A DNA stretch of 64,000 nucleotides from the NCBI GenBank assembly GCA_951406725.2, contig OX597815.1:176762001-176826000 (forward strand), written 5' to 3'. The position numbers and the translations under genes are program-made. The notes below the pieces were generated by a model. That model worked only from the letters and a program-made list of their open reading frames with translations. It ran no database searches and had not been told where the DNA came from. This DNA comes from Octopus vulgaris (Eukaryota). Of this stretch, positions 13,836 through 25,023 are shown one piece after another; within the stretch, counting starts at the first letter, position 1, and each line of letters begins with the position of its first letter.

Positions 13836-14381
13836 TGTGTGTGTGTGTGTACACACACAAACACATACACACACATATGTACGTATATGTGTGGTTGTGT
13901 GTCTGTGTCTGTATTTGTATGTGGCTTACGTGTGTATATGTGCGAATGTCTGCGAGGGCATTACATACCCACTCGCACACACGCAGACACGCATGCGCAT
14001 ACTGAACTACCTTGCAGTCGGTCTTTTACCGATGAATATAAACACATATATTTTGAATTCTTGAAATCATTTTCGTCATTAATGTGACACGAATGATCAA
14101 CACACCTGTCTAATTCTCCACTTCATTTCTACCTTACTCTGAAGTGCACCTGTCAACATAGGAAGTATTTTACAAATTTCTGACTGTGATGCACCAGCTT
14201 CAGCATTCGATTCTCAGTAGAGAAGAGGGTGGATGGAATAAGTAATGGGATCGATTCGTTCCACTAGGAGGGTATCCCAACACGACCGAAGTCGAATGTC
14301 TCACAGACAATAAACGGTAAAGGCGTGTAATCACAACGATACATATTAAATAATATTTTCTTAATAGCACACACACACTTA

Positions 14382-14474
<93 letters not shown>

Positions 14475-14854
14475 TCACACGTATATGTATGTGCAAATAT
14501 GTGCGTATGTAAGCAGAGGGAGAGAGAGAGGGGGCGTGGAGCAAGCGATGGATTAATGAAATTTGAAATAGAAAAGCTAAGAGAAATTTCTTGAAGCCAG
14601 TTGAACGCAATACCTTCTCCATGACCTGTGAGTGCGTTGCCAGTTATCTTCAAATCTATTTTACTTCATCTTGAAAAGATTTTGATAGACGTAGGAGTGG
14701 CTGTGTGGTAAGTAGCTTGCTTACCAATCACATGGTTCCGGTTTCAGTCCCAATGCGTGGCACCTCGGTCAAGTGTCTTCTACTATAGCCTCGGGCCGAC
14801 CAAAGCCTTGTGAGTGGATTTGGTAGACGGAAATGGAAAGAAGCTCGTCGTATA

Positions 14855-14927
<73 letters not shown>

Positions 14928-16047
14928 TTGTGTGTGTGTGTGTGTGTCTGTGTTTGTGTGTCTGTGTTTGTCCCGCCAACATCGCTTGACAACCGATGCT
15001 GGTGTGTTTACGTCCCCGTAACTTAGCGGTTCGGCAAAAGAGACCGATAGAATAAGTACTAGGCTTACAAAGAATAAGTCTTGGGGTCGATTTGCCCCAC
15101 TAAAAGCGGTGCTCCAGTATGGCCGCAGTCGCATGACTGAAACAAGTAAAAGAGTGAAGTATTTTGTTCTTTCTCTGGTAACTTTTCAGCTACTTCTGTA
15201 GTAGGTGTGTTAATACTACGAATGCCTAAACGTATTAAGGTACCAGATCCAATGCTTGATGCATCCTATAATGGCAAAGAAAAGAAAATATCATTGAATT
15301 ATGAATTAATGACGAAAATTATATAACTGCTATTAAAATATTATACAAAGCTAATGTTTATTTGCCATAAAATTGTATCGGCTACAGGATTCAAATCAAT
15401 ACGTGTAAGTGTGAAAGCAATTTTGATAGACGAGGAAAAGTATGGCATGTTGAAAGAAAAATGTAATGTTGAAACATTAGGATTCGTGGTGGAGTTCGAT
15501 GCACAACCGCCAGTAGGGGAACTAAGAGAAATAGAGCCATATATAAGGAATTAAAAAAAGAGAATAAATTGTGGTTTAAAAAAGGGAAGAAAAAAAGTAA
15601 AACAAAAAGATGCTAATACGAAAAAAACACTGAAAAAGATTATAAACGGACAGTAAGAACGAGTAGGGCGCATGCAGCCATTTGATCACCATCAATTTCA
15701 TTGTACATTTTTACCATTTCTCATTCGTTTTATGTTTTTGTCCCTACTGTGCTGTTCTGTCTGTCTTTGTGCTCTCCCATCTGTGTTATGGCCGTAGTAC
15801 CAAATAAAGAGATCACATACGCGTGTGACTAGGTGTGCGTGTGTGTGTGTACACGCAAACACATACACACACATATGTACGTATATGTGTGGCTGTGTGT
15901 CTGTGTCTGTATTTGTATGTGGCTTACGTGTGTATATGTGCGAATGTCTACGAGTGCATTACATACCCACTCGCAAACACGCACCTACCGGTCTTTTACC
16001 GATGAATATAAACATAACTTTGGAATTCTTGAAACCATTTCGTCAAT
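13836..16047 (+). repeat. Local direct duplication of ~210-240 bp (13836-14078 and 15839-16047)
   Basis: Both copies share ATATGTACGTATATGTGTGG...GCATTACATACCCACTCGCA...GGTCTTTTACCGATGAATATAAACA. The second copy lacks about 30 bp. Confidence 0.9.
14690..15154 (+). mobile_element. SINE family B, full length
   Basis: GTAGGAGTGGCTGTGTGGTAAG (A-box), GGTTTCAGTCCC (B-box-like), body, internal (TA)n/(TG)n, and tail GACTGAAACAAGTAAAAGAG. Confidence 0.9.
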
Positions 16048-16914
16048 TCTCTTAAGACAGAATTATTCTGTCGCATTTCAGTATGGGAAACCATATGAAA
16101 CCTTCTCCCCATGTTAGAAATCGATATCAGAAGCCATAGTTTAGTGTTATCAATTCTCGTTAATTGTTACTGATAAATGCTCACATTTGAAATATAATTC
16201 CCCTGTTATAAAATTACAATCGTATCTGAAGACATTACACGCTGTTCTGTTTACGAAATCTTTAGAAAGCTAAGGAAGAAAGAAATTACAGCATATTTAT
16301 TATAATCATGTGTAAAGTTTGTTTTCTTCGACGTTTTGGGATTCAAAGATTAACATGAAGTTAAAAAACTAAAAGTGTGTAGGAACTGATTTCTTTTAGC
16401 ATACATAAACTACACACGCACACACACAAAGACCAGCGCATATTTCTGTGCATACGCGCGTGTGTATATGTGTGTGTATATGTGTGTGTAAGTCGGCATT
16501 GAAGAGCAGAAACAAGTGTCAATAGTTCGTGGTATTAGAGTGGTTATTATTTCATTGCAAGAGAATCCTTCACAAGTGGCTCTTTCGAATTTCTCGGTTA
16601 AGACAACAATGACGGAAGGAAACATTCCTAAGAGTTGCAGAAGAATTTATGTCGATTTGAGAAGAGACGAAATGAGTTATAGAAAATTCTGAAAAAGCGA
16701 GAAATGACAACGTTGTTAGAAGTTACCAATATTTTTTATAATTCATAAAACTCGTTTTAATGCCCGGATATCAAAAAGGAAAATCATGTAAAAAGATACA
16801 GGTGATGCTATGTAAAAAGGAAAGAAATTGAGTGTACATTCATCCATACCTGTACGTACAAACGCACGCATGCGCACATAAGTACTCATTCACACCGGCA
16901 CACGTGCACACACA

Positions 16915-18540
16915 CAGTGTGTTCGGGCTAAATTTGACTGTTTTCCATTAAAGAAAAATGAGCACAATATCCCACCCAAAGTAAAATTATTCTTAATGAA
17001 TCAAAATATATCAGATACATCATAGCTAACCGATAACAGTTTACTTAGGAAAGCCACTCTCAGTTTCATTTACTCAGGGAAGCCTCCCTCAGTTTCATTT
17101 ACTCAGGGAAGCCACACTCAGTTTCATTTACTCAGGGAAGCCACCCTCAGTTTCATTTACTCAGGGAAGCCACACTCAGTTTCATTTACTCAGGGAAGCC
17201 ACCCTCAGTTTCATTTACTCAGGGAAGCCACCCTCAGTTTCATTTACTCAGAGAAGCCACCCTCAGTTTCATTTACTCAAGGAAGCCACCCTCAGTTTCA
17301 TTTACTCAGGGAAGCCACCCTCAGTTTCATTTACTCAGAGAAGCCACCCTCAGTTTCATTTACTCAGGGAAGCCACAGTTTCATTTACTCAGGGAAGCCA
17401 CACTCAGTTTCATTTACTCAGGGAAGCCACCCTCAGTTTCATTTACTCAGGGAAGCCACACTCAGTTTCATTTACTCAGGGAAGCCACCCACAGTTTCAT
17501 TTACTCAGGGAAGCCACTCTCAGTTTCATTTACTCAGGGAAGCCACCCTCTGTTTCATTTACTCAGGGAAGCCACCCTCAGTTTCATTTACTCAGGGAAG
17601 CCACCCTCAGTTTCATTTACTCAGGGAAGCCACCCTCAATTTCATTTACTCAGGGAAGCCACCCTCAATTTCATTTGCTCAGGGAAGCCACACTCAGTTT
17701 CATTTACTCAGGGAAGCCACTCTCAGTTTCATTTACTCAGGGAAGCCACCCTCAGTTTCATTTACTCAGGGAAGCCACGCTCAGTTTCATTTACTCAAGG
17801 AAGCCACCCTCAGTTTCATTTACTCAGGGAAGCCACCCTCAATTTCATTTGCTCAGGGAAGCCACACTCAGTTTCATTTACTCAGGGAAGCCACTCTCAG
17901 TTTCTGATGTCTTGGGAAAATCTTCGAACACCTCCTTGATTTTGTTGTCCACAAGATTGTCCTTGGTGTTACAGGCAGAGCTATTGGTGTCTTTCTCAAC
18001 AACACACCACGCTGTGTATTCCATGGGATTTCATTGTGGGGAGTTTGGAAGCCAGAAATCAGGGCTGGTGAAGTGCTGGAAGTCCTCCGATAGCCACTTC
18101 TGACTCTTTCCGAATCCTGCTGCCACAGACATGACCTTTCAGCTGTAACCCACTTCAGCAATGATTTCGCCATAGTTTCCAGCATCTTCACACAATCGTC
18201 TGCATTGCGCCTAAGACTCTTTACTGTAGTTCCTGAATAAATTACGGCTTGCAGACGCAATCAGAGTACTTGCTGTGTCCCTTCCTGCTGCATAAAGCTG
18301 TCCATGTTTTACAAGGTGTTCACAGAACACTCATCAGTAGCAACGATATCGGCATTTTGACACCTCGTACGAATCACCATGACACAAAATTCTTCTCCGA
18401 TATTCAGATGGCTTCCAGTCCCCCATGCCAGCTAACTTTTTCTCAACTACAATTTTAATCTGCATGCCATCCAATGGAGACGGCTGTTCACCAATATGTT
18501 AACGTTTACCTGAAAAAAAAAAGATGAAATAAAACCGTTA
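16915..18540 (-). mobile_element. Decayed Tc1/mariner (maT-like) DNA transposon carrying an internal minisatellite
   Basis: Minus-strand fragments WQQDS, GKSQKWLSEDFQHFTSPDFWLPNSP..NPMEY..W.VVEKDTNSSACNTK and IKEVFEDFP. Terminal CAGTGTGTTCGGGCTAAATTTGAC at 16915. Confidence 0.8.
17043..17903. repeat. 29-bp minisatellite, ~30 copies (ACTCAGGGAAGCCACCCTCAGTTTCATTT)
   Basis: Head-to-tail units with only point variants, one shortened unit near 17375, and no unique spacers. Confidence 0.97.
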
Positions 18541-19957
18541 ACACACACACCCACACACATCTCCTATATATAGGTTGCTTTTAATTTAATCTGCCGTATG
18601 TCCAAATTTGGCCAAAGGCGTTTTTTTTTTTTTAATATTTAATTTTGCTAACAACAGCCGGTTCTTATGATCAAACTATCGTATCTCCAGCTTCATCAGA
18701 TGTCAAGATATAAGAATTGACAAAGTGTAGTACAACGGTTTAGCATTTTTTTCCAAAGTGTAGTAAGTCCCACATACGACAGTTTTGCAAAAATATTTCT
18801 GACTGAAAATATCATACATGCATGGAGTTAGGATTTTATGCACCCAACAAAGTAATATTGTTAATCTGAAACTGTTGCTAATGTAAAAGGAAATGGAACG
18901 GTGAAACTATTTTTTTCGTTTTCTGAAAAAAGCAACGTTTTGGACTTACAATACTTTTGCATTTTAGCAACGCTATGTATATATTTCAATTAAGTGTAAA
19001 ATGGAGATGAGCCGTGTGGGGGAGATAAGACGTGTAACTGATACGCTAATTTTCCTTTCGATCAATGTTTAGGAAGGAGACGTGAAAAATAAATATTAAT
19101 ATATTTTTCAATCAAATTTACAGAGGCACGTTCGCTTCTTGATAAACTCCAATCTATTTTGTATACAATATGGTGGAATATATATTGCGACACGCAACTC
19201 GTAACAGCTCCCTTTATATCATTAAACCTACACTGAAACGTGTGCAACTGAGAAACACTTTATTTTATTGCACAACTTTTATGCATCAAATGAAATATCT
19301 GAAATAATAGCTTCGTGCAGACAAGCGGCTTTACAGTTTTCCTCTCTGCTTCCATCATAACGACTCATATTTATATGATTTCCGAAATAAACATATACTT
19401 CATTTTAAGATGAAAATATAAGCAGATGCACAAGCACTCAGCTCTGAATGTACGGCGACTTATAGCAGAAAGAACTGTACTATAATGAAGTTGATTGCGT
19501 AATTCATATTCCCTGGTCATTCAATAATTCAAATTTATAAGATTTGGGCCAGAGGATTAAAAGAAATCACTATAAAATAAATCGATGTTGTATTTTGTGC
19601 GTATTTGTAGTCTTTAAACATTTTCGTGCATAAACAAGTGCCGAACGTTCATCAACGGAATAAGCATATGAAAACTTATCACAGTTGAATTAACTATCTG
19701 AAGGATGATAACGGAAAAGACATAAGGCGCAAGTGCAAAAATTAATTCAAATTCTTATGAAATTGTATTATTTAAATTTATTCTTTCGTCTGAGAGCGGT
19801 GGAAGAATTTTGTGTTAAATCAAATCATGGAGCAATAATTTCAAGATAAATGCCATGAATTGTTTTTAAATCTAGTTAATCTGCATAATTGTGTATTATT
19901 ATATATATTCCTCTAGCCTTTCGACATTGGCCTTGTCTATGATGAATACGACTTTGA

Positions 19958-20358
19958 GTATGTATGCATGTATGTGTGTATGTATGTATGTATTATGTAT
20001 GTATGTATGTATGTATGTATGTATGCATGAAAGTATGTATATATGTATGTACGCATGCATGCATGCATGTATGTATGTATATATGTGTGTATGTATGTAT
20101 GTATGTATGCATGCATGCATGCATGCATGTATGTATGTATGTATGAATGCATGCCTGCATGTATGCATGCATGTATGTATGCCTGCATGTATGCATGCAT
20201 GCATGCATGAATGTATGTATGTATGTATGTATATATGTATGTATGTATGCATGCCTGCATGCATACATGCATGTATGTATGTATGTATGTATGTATGTAT
20301 GCATGCATGCATGTATGTATGTATGTATGTATGTATGTATGTATGCATGTATGCATGC
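19958..20358. repeat. Mixed (TATG)n/(CATG)n microsatellite
   Basis: Seen directly in the sequence. Confidence 0.95.
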
Positions 20359-20759
20359 GTCCGTTTTTTGTATCGTCTATTTGAGTGTTTTGCGTTCTTG
20401 TCTCATTTTGTATTTTTATATATATATATTTTTATACATTATTGTGGCGTAACGTATATCTTGTTCTCTTATGTATGTAAGCATTCCACTACTGTACGAC
20501 CTCTACATACTTTCTCTATACTTCACTAGTCTCTGTCTTTCTCTTTTCTCGCCTCTTCCCTCACTCTCTCACATTTCTCTGTCTTTCTCACTTTGCACCT
20601 CACTGATTCTGTCGTCAAGCCAATCCTTGGCACGCTCTCTTCCTTCTACCCTCTTTAATTCCTTCTTTCTCTCTCTTCTTCCTCCCTCTTTGGTGCCTTT
20701 GTCCCTCTTTTTCTCTCTCTCTCTTTGATTCCTTTGCCCCTTTTTTTCTCTCTCTTCTC

Positions 20760-21195
20760 CTCTCACGTGACCGCCGGTCAACTAGCCTTTCGGCTTCTGA
20801 GCACCGCCACGACAACATCGATTTCTTCGTCTGCCGTAAAGGCATTTTTTTCCATATACGCCAGTTAAGCTAAGTTGAAATGTCTAAAGTCGTAAGACAC
20901 CCGCTGTTTTTGTCCTGTTATTACTATTATTGTTTTTTGTATTTATATTCGTGTGGTATCGTCCGTTTTTCTGTCCTTCTTTCGTATACATTCGATCCTT
21001 TTTCCAAGAAATCTAATGCTCGTAGCTTAGTTTTTCCTTGGGGCTGGCCGGATCGGAGCGATCTCAAGATTAATCAGTCGAAATTGCGAGGATGATCCGG
21101 TTCCTGACTTAAGATTAGAGGCTTCGAATGACCCGTCCGTTTTTTGTGTCGTCTATTTGAGTGTTTTGCGTTCTTGTCCCATTTTGTATTTATAT
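20760..21195 (+). mobile_element. PLE-associated non-coding repeat; its 3' ~60 bp is repeated at 20360-20418 and related sequence lies at 48225-48350
   Basis: CCGTTTTTTGT.TCGTCTATTTGAGTGTTTTGCGTTCTTGTC occurs twice. CAGTCGAAATTGCGAGGATGATCCGGTTCCTGAC...TTCGAATGACC matches 48226-48290. The 3' end abuts (TA)n. Confidence 0.6.
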
Positions 21196-21202
21196 ATACA
21201 TA

Positions 21203-21233
<31 letters not shown>

Positions 21234-21412
21234 GATAAGAAAGTTTGTTTGGTAAAGCACGTGGGTGAATATATGAGAAAATAGTAAAGTGTGAAAAAAC
21301 GAGAGAAGGCTTAAATGTTAAAAAATATATATATTTGTGTCAAAATGTCTGGAGAATATTGGAAAAATTTTTTTTTCCTTTTCCTTAAAATGACATAATT
21401 TTAAAATTTTTA

Positions 21413-21452
21413 AAGAAATTACCGGTTTCGCGTGTAGCTTTTCAAATTTCTT
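21413..21452 (-). ncRNA. Type-I hammerhead ribozyme in PLE terminal repeat (U3-A8 covariant core)
   Basis: Minus strand reads AAGAAAT-TTGAAAA-GC(TACAC)GC-GAA-A(CCGG)T-A^ATTTCTT: 7-bp stem I, C3-G8 pair replaced by U-A, palindromic ACCGGT. Confidence 0.8.
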
Positions 21453-21588
21453 GTGACGTTATGTTTATATTGCATGGAATTATCGTTGTTTTTATTTCCA
21501 GGAGATTTCTAAATAAGGGGAGGTAGTGAGTGATTTTTTCCGGTGTAGGGGAGATAATCGCTTAAAAATATTTTTTCCCTTTTCCTTG

Positions 21589-22431
21589 TTAATTTCTCTG
21601 TGTCAGTATGTTCGGATGGTTGAGTCTGGGTTTGTACTTTTCAATGAAGAATGTTTCCTTGTTCAGTCTCATTTGTGTTGATGATCCGAAAGCACATTGG
21701 TAAAATGGGAAGATTAAAAATTGTGGCAGTAGTTGCTTTGCGCATTTCTCAATGTGCTCACTAAAAGGTATCATTCTATATTCTGGGAATGCAATCTGTT
21801 GTCGATGCAGTGTGCATCTGCGCCTGAGTGATAGTCCCGTGGAACCCACGTAGTCTTGGTGGCAGCCCGAGCATTTAATAACATAAATTATGTTTTCAGA
21901 GGCACAAGTAAAGTTAGATTTGATCTTAAATTTCTGTCCCTCTTTAAAGAAGAATTCTGATCCTTCCAATAGGTTAGGACATGTTGCACAGTTCGATCTA
22001 CCACATTTTTTTACTTTTGCATCCGTAATTTTAGAAGACAATTTTGCCTTTGTGAGAATCTTTTTAAGTGATTTAGGCTGTTTGTAGCTTTTAATGATTT
22101 GGTGTATGTTTAGAATTTCCTTTTATTTTGGGTTTTTATGAAGTATTGGTAAATTCTGGGTGATGATGGTGAAGGCTTCTTTGTTTCTGGGGTTGTATGT
22201 AGATATGTAAGGTAGTATTTTCGGGGAAGGTGTGTTGTTGTGTTGAACTTTTCTTAAAGTTTCTATGTTGATTTCTGTTGCACGACTGATCCCATCCTCT
22301 ATGAGTTGAGCTGGGTAATGTCTGTCAATTAGGGTGTTTTTGAGTTCTTGCAGTCTAAAGTTCCTGGTATTTTGTTCTGACACTATTGTGCATATCCTTC
22401 TTGCAAGGTTGAAGGGGATGTTTGTTTTAGT
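21589..22431 (-). pseudogene. PLE ORF C-terminal part: RT thumb, Cys linker and GIY-YIG endonuclease, with one premature stop
   Basis: ORFs 22123-22383 and 21589-22041 are in one frame, split by a TAA where the plus copy has TTA. Motifs: CGRSNCATC, NIIYVIKC..C..DYVGST, R...HRQQI, HIEKC, RLNKE..FI...PRLN. Confidence 0.9.
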
Positions 22432-22437
22432 CTACTT

Positions 22438-23493
22438 ATGGACATCCTCTTGAAACCCTTCCTTAAACATATCGATAGCCATATCAGAGATGACTTAGAT
22501 ATGTTAAACCACCTTCCAAAAAAAACCAAGGAAGAAACAATCCTGGTTTCATTTGATGTAGTCAACTTGTATACCAGTATACCTCATAATTATGGACTGG
22601 AGGCAATACAATTCTGGTTAGACCAATTTCCGGAAGAAATACCAAAAAGGATCAGTAAGGAATTCATTACTAAATCAATTGAATTCATCCTACACAATAA
22701 CCACTTCATGTTTGACAATACATTTTACCGTCAAAAATCCGGAATTGTTATGGGTACAAGGGCAGCACCAGTCATTGCGAACTTAACAATGGGATACATG
22801 GAAATAATCATTTACCAGGAATCTCTATCAATCTTTGGAAACTCCCTCTCTCAATACATAAAAGAGAATTGGAAACGATTCCTAGACGATTGTTTCATTC
22901 TCTGGAATGAAAACATAGATAAACTCCTAAAATTTAAAAACCTATTGAACAGCATAAACCCAAATATACAGTTCACAACGGAATACAACCAAAAGGAGCT
23001 CCCGTTCTTGGATATACTAATTAAAAAAATTAACCTTAAAATAGAAACAGACATTTTTTACAAAGCCACAGACGCCAAACAATACCTTCTTTTTAATTCA
23101 TGCCACCCAAGACACACTAAAACAAACATCCCCTTCAACCTTGCAAGAAGGATATGCACAATAGTGTCAGAACAAAATACCAGGAACTTTAGACTGCAAG
23201 AACTCAAAAACACCCTAATTGACAGACATTACCCAGCTCAACTCATAGAGGATGGGATCAGACGTGCAACAGAAATCAACATAGAAACTTTAAGAAAAGT
23301 TCAACACAACAACACACCTTCCCCGAAAATACTACCTTACATATCTACATACAACCCCAGAAACAAAGAAGCCTTCACCATCATCACCCAGAATTTACCA
23401 ATACTTCATAAAAACCCAAAATTAAAGGAAATTCTAAATATGGTAAGAATATGTTCGGTAAATATTATAATCTGGAAGATTTCTAAACTTTAA
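22438..23493 (+). CDS. PLE reverse transcriptase core (truncated fragment, not a host gene)
   Basis: LVSFDVVNLYTSIP, QKSGIVMGTRAAP, WKRFLDDCF, LPFLDI, SCHPRH.K.NIPF. Element homology ends at about 23438; the last ~18 codons are flanking DNA. Confidence 0.9.
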   Translation: MDILLKPFLKHIDSHIRDDLDMLNHLPKKTKEETILVSFDVVNLYTSIPHNYGLEAIQFWLDQFPEEIPKRISKEFITKSIEFILHNNHFMFDNTFYRQKSGIVMGTRAAPVIANLTMGYMEIIIYQESLSIFGNSLSQYIKENWKRFLDDCFILWNENIDKLLKFKNLLNSINPNIQFTTEYNQKELPFLDILIKKINLKIETDIFYKATDAKQYLLFNSCHPRHTKTNIPFNLARRICTIVSEQNTRNFRLQELKNTLIDRHYPAQLIEDGIRRATEINIETLRKVQHNNTPSPKILPYISTYNPRNKEAFTIITQNLPILHKNPKLKEILNMVRICSVNIIIWKISKL

Positions 23494-23796
23494 AAAAAAA
23501 ATGATTTCACAGAAACATTGATATCAGAAACCACGTGGGAATCGGAATTCCATTTCAGCCACATCTCGACTATTTTGAGTTCCACCACTCGACAAACATC
23601 CTGTATGTGTGTGTGTGTGTGTGTAATTTCGAATGAAGATAGTACTGTTGTTAGTTAAGATTGCATAGGAGAAAAACTGAGTTGCTTTTGAATGTAGCAG
23701 AGGTGTCCACCCAAATTGATATCATGCTCAAAATATCAAGCGGAAATTCTGTATCTTCCAGAGAATCCATAAAATCCAACTGATATTCGCATCAAA

Positions 23797-23989
23797 TTTG
23801 GGCACAAGCTAGTAATTTCTTAAGTCGATTAGATCGATCCAGTGCTCAACTGATACTTTCTTTATCGAGCCCAAAAGGACAAAAAATAAAGTCGATCGTG
23901 GCGGAATTTGAACACAGAATGTAGTAACGGACGAAATGTCGCTAAGCCTTTCGCCCGCCGTGCTAACGATTCTGCCAGCTCACCGCCTT
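23797..23989 (-). mobile_element. SINE family A
   Basis: GGCGGAATTTGAAC...GCTAACGATTCTGCCAGCTCACCGCCTT. Confidence 0.85.
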
Positions 23990-24298
23990 ATTGCGTATTA
24001 ATATTAAAGTGAAATTATGGAACTTAAAATTCCAAATTACAACTAGCAAAACTAAACGTGTATCTATGGTTCTTGGCTGGAACACTAAATGAAAATAGAA
24101 AAGCTGGTGATAAAGTGCTTTGAAAGTTCGATCTCAAGCCACTTCGAATATATATATATATATATTAGCATTCGCTACGATTTGATATATCTTCACTCAA
24201 ACGAACATTCGTCAGAATTTCAGCAACTACTAACAGGTTTCTTCAAGCAATCCTGCTCATATAATAGAATATTCCAAAGAACATTTTTAAAGAACATA

Positions 24299-24438
24299 AG
24301 CTCAGGAGTGTTTGTGTGCTGCGAGGTTTGCCTCCCAAAAACGTGGTTCCGAGTTCAGTGCAGTGGAGCATATGTCTTCGGGCCTCCAAAGACTGGTGAG
24401 TGGATTTGGTAAACGGAAACCGAATGAAACCTGTCGTG

Positions 24439-24522
<84 letters not shown>

Positions 24523-24700
24523 CCTCCCACTGCCGGTTGACAACCGGCGTTTGTGTGTTTACATGCCCGTAACTTAGCAGTTCAGCAAACGAGACCGATA
24601 AAATGAGTACCAGGTTTTACAAAAAGAAAATTAATAAGACTAAAATTCGACAAGGCGCTGCCCCAGCATGGCCGCAGACTAATGCCTGAAACATGTGAAA
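24299..24700 (+). mobile_element. SINE family B (diverged)
   Basis: GTGAGTGGATTTGGTAAACGGAAAC...(TG)n...GACAACCG...CCAGCATGGCCGCAG...CTGAAACA. Confidence 0.85.
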
Positions 24701-24970
24701 AAAAAACTATTCCAATAAAAATTATAGAAATATTGAGTGGTGAAAATAGTAATCCTGATTCACTGGAATTCATTCTAAATTCGATTTTATTATTCTTGGA
24801 ATATTAAATAATTTCAAACTTGTTTCGATTTTTGTACGATATAGTTTATTTTGAATATGTGCAACTTTGCTATGTTTCTGCATGTTCTCTCTGTGTGTTT
24901 TATGTGCTTAGCGTATTTTAATCATTAAGACTTCGTTTCTCAGAGGATATTGATATTTAAATGCGCCAGT

Positions 24971-25023
<53 letters not shown>

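Larger units (their letters stand above)
21235..23438. mobile_element. Young Penelope-like retroelement, 5'-truncated, with an inverted RT segment
   Basis: The minus part 22431-21235 carries the RT thumb, linker, GIY-YIG endonuclease and a 3' repeat with an HHR. The plus part 22432-23438 carries the RT core. 22109-22431 and 23116-23438 are inverted duplicates. Confidence 0.93.

Noticed and set aside
17043-17903. CRISPR-like array (29-bp repeat)
   Set aside because: Units are directly head to tail with no unique spacers, there are no cas genes, and the context is eukaryotic; it is a minisatellite.
22438-23493. 351-aa ORF as a host or telomerase-like gene
   Set aside because: It is a PLE RT fragment starting at an inversion junction and ending in flanking DNA.
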